Positions 43,801 through 50,649 of a stretch of DNA of 50,649 bases are shown here, piece after piece. Below the pieces are notes generated by a model. The model saw only the letters and a program-made list of their open reading frames with translations. It ran no database searches and was not told the DNA's origin. The stretch spans positions 1 through 50,649 of the forward strand of contig JAUCBJ010002299.1 of assembly GCA_032718475.1 (NCBI GenBank). The letters are read 5' to 3'. This DNA is from Nemertoderma westbladi. Taxonomy: Eukaryota; Animalia; Xenacoelomorpha. Numbering within the stretch: position 1 is the stretch's first letter; every line of letters begins with the position of its first letter. A program made the position numbers and the translations under genes.

Positions 43801-45830
43801 CATAGGCGCAATGGTAAAATAACACCAATGACAGCTTGTTGATGGAATTTACATTTGATTGATGACTTCCGACTTGCTTAACGGCGTCTTGACGCCGTCT
43901 CTAGTATTAGTTATAAAGAAAGAAACATGAAGCTGAGAGGTTTTCCATAGGAACTGGATACTTTAATTTATTTAATTATAGAAAATATAGTTAGTTTAAT
44001 CAGTAGTTAGATATACTGCAATAAGAAAAAGAACAGCAATGAATAATAACTTTAAATTCCTTCAGTCTTTTAGGATTGCTTCTTTAACAGTCATTGTTTG
44101 TATGCCAATGCGAAACGTTTTTTTGCTATGAAAAGTTTATATTTCTCTCGGTTTTTCTTTCCAGATAACTGGGCCTTTCCTTTATATTATACTGAAAACC
44201 GGAAATAAACCTAGGAATAAATTACGTGCTACTTCTATTTGAATTGGTGCCGTAGTACAACTTGGTGAATCCAGTGAACGGGTACAATTTATCAAATGAG
44301 GCATTGAACAATCTCGATAGGAACATCTTTTTACACATCACCGCCCTGCAGACACAATGGAAGGAAGGAACTTACCGGCCTCTGTTATTGTAGAACTGAT
44401 GGATGATTTACTGATGTTATCCGCCTGATAAAAGGAAATATGGTGGTCAGCCATTGCATTCCTGAAAAATTTGCTCTATGTCTCGATAATAAACAGGAAT
44501 TATGGATATGATTTACATTTCTTATAGCAAACGTGTTGCAGAAAAACCCGGCAAAACAATTTGAAGCACGATAATAATTGCAACAATTTATATATGATTT
44601 GGTTTATAACAAAAAATCACTTACTTGGGCATTGCTTTTTGTTACATACTTCTGTTTTCTTTACGTCATTACATTCTATTAGACCTGGATTAGCCTCCAC
44701 ATTCCTCGTATAGTTTTGGATTCCATCTCCACATTCTTTGCTACACTCTCCACTGGCAATCCAATCGGTATATTTACATACTGGAAATAAAATATGTTAA
44801 TATTATTTTTCAATCAATAATATTACTTTTTCCAAATAGCTTCTGATAAATAAATAAATTGGCTGTGATCCCAATTGATACCTGAACAATTTTGTGAAGA
44901 TGTATATAAAACAAGGGAGTATTAAAGAGGTTCTATTTTTTGTAAAATTCATATGAAATAATTGCCTACCACAATCTTGTTTTATGCAAACCCGTGTCTC
45001 TTCAATATCTCCACATTCTTTTCCATCAAAGTGACTTTCAGTTATAATTTCTCTCTGGTAAATCTCCTCCCCTATTCCACAAGGTACACTGCATTCAGTC
45101 TTTAGTGTCCAATCTGATAGAACACAATCAACTGTGAAAAAAAGAGATTATATTTCACAAAATTATATTTCAACAGTTTGCTTGAGGGTATTATACACAG
45201 TAATATCCCTTCCAATTGTCGACCTCATTCGTAAATTAAACATGACTCTAATATGTGTATAACTCTTATAATGCCTACACTATATGCACTTTTATTATTA
45301 TTATTATTATTAACGCTCAAATATAATAAAATAGAATAATTTGAGGGGGAAAACAAGGTTACAAAAATAACACTTGGACACAAGTCACAAAAAAGTACAT
45401 TGTGATTTAAAAATATACAGATATGGGCATTAATTATATTTATAAGCCATTTATTCTAAATCGAGACTATATATCCTACTATATATATAGAATAATATCC
45501 GTGACTGGTCCTAAGAGAGTTTCATAATTGCACAAAACAAGAATGTTTTTTTTGTATATCATGAACAATATATATATGTGTAAAGTGTATGTACATTAAC
45601 CACATGCTTTCATAGTTATTTTAAATTGACATCAAATGCCTAAATTTCTGATGATGAATTGAATTGAAACTCACCCGGGCATGGTCTTATGTAACATGAT
45701 TCTGTTTTCAGGATTTCATCGCATTCCACGTCAACTGGATTCGTTTCAACAACGCGGATATATTTTAGAGTTCCACATCCACAAGGTTTGGTGCATTCGC
45801 CACTGGTAATCCAATTACTATATTTGCAAG
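4683..45830 (-). CDS. Partial multi-exon gene (15 exons in window): probably secreted protein with TSP1-repeat array plus VOMI (beta-prism I)-like domain; open at both ends
   Basis: Exons 45675-45830, 44970-45131, 44625-44780, 42928-43086, 40210-40368, 37388-37555, 33949-34107, 22874-23053, 21253-21429, 20824-20991, 18937-19077, 12553-12759, 12048-12166, 11819-11934, 4683-4835. All have AG/GT boundaries and compatible phases; junction codons are V,V,I,C,E,E,D,R,D,E,A,G,(phase 0),N; no stops. Confidence 0.88.
5361..8900 (-). mobile_element. APE-RT non-LTR retrotransposon, 5'-truncated within ORF1, ORF2 frameshifted
   Basis: ORF1 C-terminus (SFKV..VW..NVCVR); APE motifs (CLQET, GD, IDH, SGH); RT motifs (NYR, QFGF, GVRQG, YADD); (TAAA)n tail at 5361-5389. 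Confidence 0.92.
9030..10080 (+). pseudogene. piggyBac (PGBD-type) transposase relic
   Basis: Broken-frame motifs KIRPLL, IDEQIIPFKG, KWGIK and YNSNMVGVDLFDML. Confidence 0.8.
10798..11668 (+). mobile_element. RTE-like LINE 3' fragment (same family as 35096-37115)
   Basis: Close nucleotide match to ~36140-36975; (TAG)n tail. Confidence 0.85.
11819..11934 (-). CDS. Exon: VOMI-like (ILEYQGYYGDDMGVTAIRLLCSDNTTIDADPFSSYRYG)
   Basis: ttctag|ATT ... AA|gttagt; 116 nt, phase 0-2; QG..DD...IRL.C.D motif. Confidence 0.85.
12048..12166 (-). CDS. Exon: start of VOMI-like domain (GTIELLQTLKYLKGIEETCDWSERVMCRRYKSYVYGYQLK)
   Basis: acacag|GT ... AAA|gtaagt; 119 nt, phase 1-0; W-x5-C...Y-x2-G-[FY]-x-LK as in VOMI repeat 1. 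Confidence 0.8.
12553..12759 (-). CDS. Exon: divergent 6-Cys TSP1-like module (ACNEIVGVKYYPDYYKREDLLEKSCVDETGKPAPCGSGMAYSTLIGQATDYSECVRDRVGIPCNPEPCY)
   Basis: ttttag|CT ... G|gttagt; 207 nt; CGSG and CNxxPC motifs. Confidence 0.82.
13180..17060 (-). mobile_element. Apparently full-length RTE-like LINE, frameshifted, carrying a MITE insertion
   Basis: APE in ORF 15453-16604 (CIQEH, GDLNAQIG, QLDYI, DH); RT FVDFKKAFDS; (TAG)n tail; candidate 8-bp TSD AAAGCTAT at 13172-13179 and 17061-17068. Confidence 0.88.
14799..15230. mobile_element. hAT-like MITE nested in RTE
   Basis: Termini CAGAAGCATAG / CTACGCCTCTG; degenerate ~8-bp TSD GCTATATG / GCTGTTATG; RTE coding sequence resumes on both sides. 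Confidence 0.75.
17200..18190 (+). mobile_element. Degraded 3' end of a LINE ORF2
   Basis: SRLRLMSHNLRIEKGW...EQRLCKC...QTETHVLL zinc-knuckle-type C-terminus. Confidence 0.7.
18205..18345. repeat. 35-bp minisatellite, ~4 copies
   Basis: CACATCATATCAGTGTTGTTATTATTGTTGTTATT units at 18208, 18243, 18278, 18313. Confidence 0.92.
18465..18650 (+). pseudogene. Relic resembling the XPG-like nuclease region of Academ-type DNA transposons
   Basis: DTTVSHFKNIGKITAWKTWLAMPEIT fits the recalled DTVS.F.G.GK.TAW..W motif. Confidence 0.5.
18937..19077 (-). CDS. Exon: 4-Cys degenerate module (ECVYPGSAVKRTYSECVNGTLTMSMPLFNLLSEEGCNETIDYEISCD)
   Basis: ttacag|AG ... G|gtgagt; 141 nt, phase 1-1. Confidence 0.78.
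19250..20460 (+). mobile_element. Old, internally deleted copy of the 13180-17060 RTE family
   Basis: GLDEIPVEVWK; TNFADD; 3' end GAAGCATGGAAGG...TCGACCTAG matches the reverse complement of 13190-13240. Confidence 0.8.
20824..20991 (-). CDS. Exon: 4-Cys degenerate module (DCMNLGIPYAMLNNWPVCKYETDFITIRRSGWNRIKYEQNPKVLEYCFVEYEVPCT)
   Basis: gtttag|AT ... G|gtgggt; 168 nt open, phase 1-1; same DC...C framing as neighbouring exons. Confidence 0.75.
21253..21429 (-). CDS. Exon: TSP1 repeat (RAVDCELSNWSEWGDCLPQTNDCNGVRSRTRIVLVEARNDGACAATKEDIYCITDKCEY)
   Basis: atgtag|GT ... G|gtacga; 177 nt; an alternative in-frame donor (A|gtaaga) would end the exon at 21202. Confidence 0.85.
21566..21794 (+). 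mobile_element. tRNA-derived SINE, copy 1
   Basis: A box TAGCTCAGTTGG, GCA anticodon-like loop, B-box-like GGTTCAGCCCC; 12-bp flanking duplication TTACAGCATTGT (21549-21560, 21795-21806); second copy at 42507. Confidence 0.9.
22157..22291. repeat. 135-bp imperfect palindrome (foldback element remnant)
   Basis: ACATACTTG...CAAGTATGT ends with pairing along both arms. Confidence 0.75.
22874..23053 (-). CDS. Exon: TSP1 repeat (DPIDCKLSEWSDWNICVPYSDDGCQGTKNRTRTIDVESQWGGGCQPTYEEVNCTPVVGCH)
   Basis: tatatag|AT ... C|gtgagt; 180 nt; WSxW and RTR motifs. Confidence 0.9.
23981..24254. mobile_element. MULE-like MITE with poly-G/poly-C TIRs
   Basis: AGACAG(G)n..ACTGGACGCAA / TTGCGTCCAGT(C)nTATCT; 9-10 bp TSD (A/G)CATTATTCG. 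Confidence 0.75.
24620..24722. repeat. 30-bp tandem repeat in the LINE 5' UTR (~3.3 copies)
   Basis: GATACTGGTCTGTATCCAGGTATCTTAGTG units. Confidence 0.9.
26119..27555 (-). mobile_element. CR1-group (L2/Crack-like) LINE, 5'-truncated
   Basis: GVPQGSILGPLLF, YADDS, DYACSSWY; (TCTA)n tail. Confidence 0.9.
28162..32481 (-). mobile_element. Near full-length two-ORF APE-RT LINE nested in the host LINE
   Basis: Open ORF1 31262-32302; ORF2 from 31185 (LLQET, GDFN, WLDH, DH; RT FLDASKAFD, YAD) with a few frameshifts; A/TAA-rich tail ~28162-28200. Confidence 0.92.
31262..32302 (-). CDS. LINE ORF1 protein (346 aa, open)
   Basis: C-terminal IFVTRL...YASFKV...WPEGVLVR motif typical of this ORF1 type; lies just upstream of the APE ORF. 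Confidence 0.85.
   Translation of the reverse strand: MADVSGGVIIHPVLCYAWQRTSKGAVYDDLVDTMDGWVPFMTTNLENARSTLLDLLSDRDTSKSFSTKHSGVNKRRKFIADILNIFDLAVFKDLSPTPTFVVEDFTALPPTMPPSSVLATLVQDLGALKSRVSVLESNPSVPPVSFAQVAAPASGNFKGKRRRGAISSSSASTLTSTGQSLGNVSDAMPPASELLSGVESGVSGDSDVVIVREESPFIDVGPKGRPISGSSGLRPPPRQRNRGNPVVGTGTSSSYSLRGVPSKSKPKIFVTRLAPVTSTDDLVTHVKGNFNVDVTCDKIATKFDDYASFKVSCSEEVALSLKSQDNLNLWPEGVLVREWIHRDPFQ
33330..33510 (-). mobile_element. CRE-like retrotransposon C-terminal fragment
   Basis: AYETLG..GPESSEFLKEIVARL...LLQRL..GNAASIV. Confidence 0.65.
33949..34107 (-). CDS. Exon: TSP1 repeat, type A (ECEYGEWTYAGECNTTCGGGIIQLNRKVLLKPIGKPCSDTKRSEVCNNVDCRP)
   Basis: acctag|AA ... G|gtaggt; 159 nt, phase 1-1. 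Confidence 0.9.
34158..34505. mobile_element. Kolobok-like MITE
   Basis: TTAA on both sides; imperfect ~29-bp TIR AG(A/G)ACTAAAGG..TAGC.GATCTGTAG. Confidence 0.78.
35096..37115 (+). mobile_element. Rearranged RTE-like LINE: 3' fragment, then RT to 3' end, then duplicated tail
   Basis: PVPKKG, NQNGFRKGR, LEFADD; 35100-35550 duplicates ~36420-36845; tail repeated at ~36978-37115. Confidence 0.88.
37388..37555 (-). CDS. Exon: TSP1 repeat, type B (EDCEVGLWYEVSQCTLPCGSGSLPIQRDVIRHSKYNGISCHAIPLRKSIPCNLQPC)
   Basis: tttcag|AG ... G|gtgagt; 168 nt, phase 1-1. Confidence 0.9.
38400..39945 (+). mobile_element. Degraded 5'-truncated LINE related to 28162-32481
   Basis: DNYRSIALA, QFGFK, LLYADDL, YKYLGH; (TTA)n tail. 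Confidence 0.85.
39960..40145 (+). mobile_element. Short fragment of the CR1-group LINE seen at 26119-27555
   Basis: TTTGGTTCCAAAAGAAAGTTAAAGAA matches the reverse complement of ~27150-27177. Confidence 0.7.
40210..40368 (-). CDS. Exon: TSP1 repeat, type A (YCLYSEFKPVGQCSAECGGGTMNFSRRVLENLGSLNCNETSSTQTCNVEICP)
   Basis: ttatag|GT ... G|gtttgt; 159 nt; its first GT completes the TGT (Cys) codon from the previous exon. Confidence 0.88.
41350..42290 (-). mobile_element. CRE-like non-LTR retrotransposon 3' part with restriction-like endonuclease
   Basis: SGDWLNTLP..SLGLRL; KKPDGMTL.PW; KY; ETLGP; RGNA motifs in broken frames. Confidence 0.8.
42507..42744 (+). mobile_element. tRNA-derived SINE, copy 2
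   Basis: Highly similar to 21566-21794; (CTTTG)n tail; degenerate TSD CAATGTTCTCTGTTA / CAATGTACTCTATTA. Confidence 0.9.
42928..43086 (-). CDS. Exon: TSP1 repeat, type B (IDCVLSDWTLKTECSVPCGIGEEIYQREIITESQFGGQECGDIEESRECKKPD[C])
   Basis: tttcacag|TT ... T|gtaagt; 159 nt; near-identical to exon 44970-45131; the last Cys codon is split across the intron. Confidence 0.9.
43574..43905 (+). mobile_element. DINE-1/HINE-like non-autonomous Helitron/Helentron element
   Basis: Subterminal IR AGCAAGTCG / CGACTTGCT; internal (CTGA/CTGG)n; 3' hairpin ACGGCGTC-TT-GACGCCGT followed by CTAGT. Confidence 0.8.
44625..44780 (-). CDS. Exon: TSP1 repeat, type A (VCKYTDWIASGECSKECGDGIQNYTRNVEANPGLIECNDVKKTEVCNKKQCP)
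   Basis: ttccag|TA ... A|gtaagt; 156 nt, phase 1-1. Confidence 0.9.
44970..45131 (-). CDS. Exon: TSP1 repeat, type B (VDCVLSDWTLKTECSVPCGIGEEIYQREIITESHFDGKECGDIEETRVCIKQDC)
   Basis: tttcacag|TT ... G|gtaggc; 162 nt, phase 1-1; not in ORF track. Confidence 0.9.
45675..45830 (-). CDS. Exon: TSP1 repeat, type A (CKYSNWITSGECTKPCGCGTLKYIRVVETNPVDVECDEILKTESCYIRPCP)
   Basis: ttccag|CT ... G|gtgagt; 156 nt, phase 1-1; TSP1 Cys/Trp/Arg pattern. Confidence 0.9.
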
Positions 45831-46679
45831 CTGGAATACAAAAATTTGTAATAAAATTAATCCAATTGTCCAATTTTAAACGTTAATAACTCAGCCAAAT
45901 ATCGATAAAATATATCCAAACTTGGTACATATGTAGTCTGGCAAAAGTTTGGAAATTTTCCAAGTTGAATTTGCTTGGGGTCTTCGTGCAGCATCTGTGT
46001 AACTGTCTTGCAGTTATAATAAATTTATTTAACCAAAAATTATGCTTGGCATCAGCTGGTTGCTAGGAGACTGCAGGAAATATCAGGTGGGTTTGAACTT
46101 CAGCAATACCGGTGCAACCATATTTTTCACAAATTAATTATTTTTGCCTCAGTCATACCCCTTTCATGGCGACAAAATTGTCATATATTTTCTTATAGAA
46201 TATAGGCTTAGCTATTGTGCAGTTTATTAACGGTATCAATTAGTGTATGGCGGGTAGGCTTAGGGTTAGGGTTGCGACACATACCTGTATGCTTAGCATG
46301 TATTTATATTTGTTTGTGTTTGTATGTTTGTTGTTCTTCGATGACCCTAGGGGTCGAGAAGATTATTTTGGGCTAAATGTCCTGATTCTATATTTTATAT
46401 TGGGGGTGTAAGACTCCTGTTCTTCCTTTAATGTAATTTAATAAATACCGGTACAATGCAGCAATTAATTATGTGGCCTTGGAAAGTGTGGTAGGCTTAT
46501 TTCACTTTCTTCAGCCATTCCAGCATTTCCAGGTGGCAGAGTTCAGAGTATTCAGTTATTCGCGACTATGCAGCCATATCATGTACCGGTACTGGTACTG
46601 GTACGGTACCTTAATCTTATTAAACATATGTTTTACAGTACGGTACCGGTGCTGTTACAGTGGTACAGAGTTACTGGTA

Positions 46680-46850
46680 CCGACTCACAACATCAAATGC
46701 CTTACGAAAGTCTATAAATACTGCATATATAACTCTTTTATTCGTAATACTAGTTGATTGCAGTGCTGAGGTAATATCGTAGAGGAGAGTTTCTACAGCA
46801 TTGGCAGTGGACTTCCCTGCAGAAATCCGAATTGAACATTTGGAATTAGA
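46680..46850 (-). mobile_element. Short LINE reverse-transcriptase fragment
   Basis: GKSTANA...YAVFIDFRKAFD. Confidence 0.7.
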
Positions 46851-46899
46851 TGAGAAATTGTTGTCGGAATTGTTGTCGGACATGTTTATTTATTATAGA

Positions 46900-47543
46900 T
46901 GTTAAAACCTATGACAATAATACCGATAGGAGAGCCATTTCTCTGTAATTGTCTGGGTGATTAATTGCCACTTTATTTGCTTTGACTTTGACTTACTTAC
47001 TTTGATTGCTTCCAGTTGGTTGGTATATGCTACCTATATCGTGTCAAACATTATACAAAGATGTAAGAAGTAATAATATATAACGCAGTCCACTTTATTC
47101 GGGTGTATAAATTTCTTGAGTTTCTATCCTATAAGAAAAACCATTCAAATTTTAGGAGTGATTGCTATAAACGGCCTTTTGATTTATAAGTTTAGAATGC
47201 TAATGAGGGCCAACCCAAATGCACCATCCATTCTCAAAATGTCCGCTGCTGTAATTATGATGCTCATTACAGGAATACTAATGTGCATAAAAGATTGTGC
47301 CAGTGGAATCGTAAAAATTATAAAGTCACAAAACGACAATATGTCAGAAAATCTACATCCTTTATCTACAATAAGTACTTTCTGCTATATATAACGTGTT
47401 AGCTATCAATAATTTTGTAGTTCAGATATTATTACTTTTTTAATGTTGTCTTGAGTCTAAACCTTTATCTCATGTATATATTTTTTGGAAGTTTCCGAAA
47501 GGCTGTTAATTTCAACATATTTAAAATGAAATATATGGAATAA
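46900..47543 (+). pseudogene. Possible decayed class-A-like GPCR fragment (TM4-TM7/H8)
   Basis: Ordered hydrophobic segments IVWVINCHF, ILGVIAINGLLIYKFR, AAVIMMLITGILM and LSLNLYLMYIFFGSFRKAV in broken frames. Confidence 0.35.
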
Positions 47544-47959
47544 TAGGCTTTGTTGTCCTAAAACTGAGTAGCGTGGAATCTTTAGATATCCTATTGATTA
47601 ACGGTACAGTGAGACACATCAGTGCGGCCTTCACTCCCGTAATGAGCTTTTGCGTACCAGTACAATTAGTGGACCTGGTCACTCCAACGAAATTTCAGAT
47701 GAATCGCATTGTTGGTTTTATAATTATAGCTATTTCTAGACTTCTTAAAATTTGCCCCCTAGTCGCCGACAGAGTAACTAATTAAGTCTGTATGTGTGCA
47801 GAATTTCTAAACTACTTGAGCTTCAAGTTTGGTGTTATTCTAGCGTTCAAATATTTCCATGGACGAAAACGAAACGACAACTACAGACAGAGAGGCTCTT
47901 CTAATCTTCATCGCTCGCCCACCACTGTTATTTACAATGTTACAAGTGGTAGCTGTTAA

Positions 47960-49517
47960 CCCTATTAGTACCGGGCTATAAAATGTTGTACAAATACCGG
48001 GGGGGGGGGGGGGGGGGGGGTCATATTGACCCCCCCCCCCCCCCCCTCTAAAATCTACAAATATTTCCGAAAACGTCTGATTTTTTGTTTGTACGTAGGT
48101 ATCACTTGTCTGGATCCGATCGAAAAAATGTACTGGGGTGGTTATATTGCAGCACCAAAATTACAAGTAGTGCACAATTTTCACCAAATTTGAAAGTTAC
48201 ATTTTCGGCTAATTATTTTCAATACAGGTTTTCTGGGGTGCAAAATACATTGGAAAATATTAAAAAATGATATGATTACTATAAATGGCTGTTTAGTCCT
48301 CTCTGCGTAGGAAAAAAATTAAAAAAACAAGTAACCAGCACTTTTCAGTTAGAACACAAAATTTTTAATTCACTTATACGATGCTATAAATTCACATTTT
48401 CAGGTTTTCGAGGGCGCTGATTCTAATGGAATACATTTATAATATGCCAGATCATTGCTACTTGTATTTTTCGGCGTAATTTCGCAAATTTTGGTGCTAG
48501 CACCAAATTTCGTACCCATCACCAAAAAGTACAAGTTTGCGATGTCCAGTGCTGTTTTTATTGACTCCATCGGATTCAGGACCCTCATAAACCCGTATAA
48601 CGCAAGAAACAAGGTGATACTATCTAATTATCAATTTGCATATTTTCCAATATTTGGTGCTGGCACAACAATTTTCACCCACCGGCGAAAAATACAAGTT
48701 TGAGAACTCTTATGAAATTTTTACTGATTCCATTGAATTCAGAACCATCACAAACCCGTATAACGCAAGAAACAAGGTGGCACACTCAATTGATATATTT
48801 GATGGTTTTCAAAATTTGGTGCTAGCACCACATTTTGCACCCACATCCGAAAAATACAAGTTTGAGATGTCTAGTTCGATAATTATATATTCCATTGAAT
48901 TCAGAACAGCCATAAACCTCTAAAACGCAAGAAATAAATTGTCACAAGCAATTTTATCTATTGAATGGATTTTCAACATTTCGTGCTAGCACCAAAATTT
49001 GCGCACAGCACCGAAAAATACAAGTTTGATACGCTTGGTGCAACTCGTATATATTTCATCGAATCCAGAAACCCAAAAAACCCCAATTGCGTAAAAAACA
49101 AGTTTCAAACGATTAATTTACAAAATTGACTTATTTCAAAATTTGGTGCTGGCACCAAAATTTAGCACCCACCGAAAAAAACAAGTTTGAAATTTCTAAA
49201 TCATTTTATATGAATTCCATCAAATTTCTAACCCCAAAAAACCGGTGTAAATCAAAAATAGAGATGTTACAATTCATATTTAATGAAATGTAATTTCCAA
49301 AAAACGTCTCAAAAAAAGTGCCAAAAGTAGGGTTAAGAAATGGTGCTATAACTCGAAAAGTACCCAATATTTTTGAAAACGGTTTTCACTACTAGGAAAA
49401 CAATAGATTTTTAGGAAAAGTCATAAAATTTCAGATTCCCAACTGCGTTTGTTTCAGAATTATAATAAAAAAACCACGGGGGGGTCATATTGACCCCCCC
49501 CCCCGGGTTTAATAGGG
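47960..49517 (+). mobile_element. Complete piggyBac-like non-autonomous element (1558 bp), copy 2
   Basis: TTAA at 47956-47959 and 49518-49521; TIRs CCCTATTAgtaCCGGG / CCCTATTAaacCCGGG; GGGTCATATTGACCC palindrome near both ends; internal ~163-bp tandem array. Confidence 0.92.
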
Positions 49518-50649
49518 TTAAGTGTTTTTTTTAACCAACTTGGACTCATTTTGTTAATTGTTAATAAGTCAACATAATATTTAAACAAAATTTGAAACAA
49601 AAAAAACTTAAACAAAAATAAACTGACGATGGGTCACACCACCACGTTTCCTCTCGAATGCTAGCTACCATAGAAAAAGATCACTCACATTACAGACTCA
49701 TATTTTCTATTATACGATGGCAGTGGCCAGACGATAATAAAGTATACAAAAAGGTTACAAGTCTTACACAATGAAGTCATTGTAAAAATATAAAGAATAG
49801 GCCGATAAAGGTAAATAAGGTATATTATAACAATTTTTTATTATAACAATATTTTTGATACGGGTTGTGTCTAACGACCCCTGTACTATTTATTACATTT
49901 TTTTTTCGAAAAAATCTTCTAGAACAAAAAATAATGTTCCAGAACCTTAATTGATAGCTAACATGTTCTATAACATTAAAAAAATTAACAAAAACTAGCT
50001 AGTTAAAAAAAATCAATTTTTTAAATAAAATGTTCTAGAGAAGAAAATGTGTTCTAGAACAATAATATTTTAATATTAATAACATGTTCTAGAACGTTTC
50101 CTGTCATGTAATATTAATAATTTATATTACATTGTAAAAAACTAGCGAGTATAAAAAGTCTGGTCTATGGGTAGGTACGGTAAGGATATTACTTAAGTTT
50201 AATCTGGACCTAACTGAACCCAATCTCGAGAATTCTCGAGAATCGAGCCGTAGCATCGAATCTGCTGTATTAGGGACCGCAGTTAATTAAGTACTATCCG
50301 TACGGTACGAAATTGACGACGTTTGGGAAATTCGCGAAGAATCAGTCAGTTTCTGAGCCAAAATGCTGAAAAAGTACAGGCCGCCATCTACGGTGGTGAC
50401 TTGCGGCCTTTTACCTTTCATTCTAATATCATTACTCATTCCACCTTTTTAAAAACTATTTACTCTTTCCACTTTTCAAAATACACTACACATTACTCTT
50501 TCACTGGATTTTTAAATAACTAATTACTCTTTCCAAATGAGTGACGGAATATTCCTCATGCATGAACAATTAGTCACTAATTTTGTATTGCAATTACAAT
50601 TAATCTATACGTTCTGGGATAGTTTTTGTTATAAATTAGGAAACACTGT

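Noticed and set aside
44180-44560. PIF1/Helitron helicase relic
   Set aside because: Only faint motif resemblance (LPASVIVE, FALC..KQ); too degraded to support.
46259-46272. Interstitial telomeric TTAGGG repeat
   Set aside because: Only about two units; such motifs are common inside DNA-transposon relics.
46336-46360. Hammerhead-like TCGATGACCCTAGGGGTCGAGAA
   Set aside because: Both core boxes deviate from CUGANGA and GAAA, and no Penelope ORF is adjacent.

Overview
AT-rich animal (invertebrate-like) genomic DNA; no prokaryotic operon, rRNA or CRISPR. The window lies inside one large minus-strand gene that the ORF track largely misses. By hand I linked 15 GT-AG exons (45830 down to 4683, 2380 nt, ~793 codons) that splice in frame without a stop. 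They encode nine thrombospondin type-1 (TSP1, spondin-like) repeats, three degenerate Cys-rich modules and two of the three repeats of a vitelline-membrane outer layer protein I (VOMI, beta-prism I)-like domain. The start codon and last exon(s) appear to lie outside the window. Introns are filled with transposons: APE-RT LINEs (including a nested three-element stack), RTE- and CRE-like LINEs, a Penelope-like GIY-YIG fragment with inverted pseudo-LTRs and hammerhead-like motifs, two tRNA-derived SINEs, piggyBac-, Kolobok-, hAT- and MULE-like MITEs, a DINE/Helentron-like element, and piggyBac and Academ-like transposase relics. All calls are from manual reading and recalled motifs; no database search was run.
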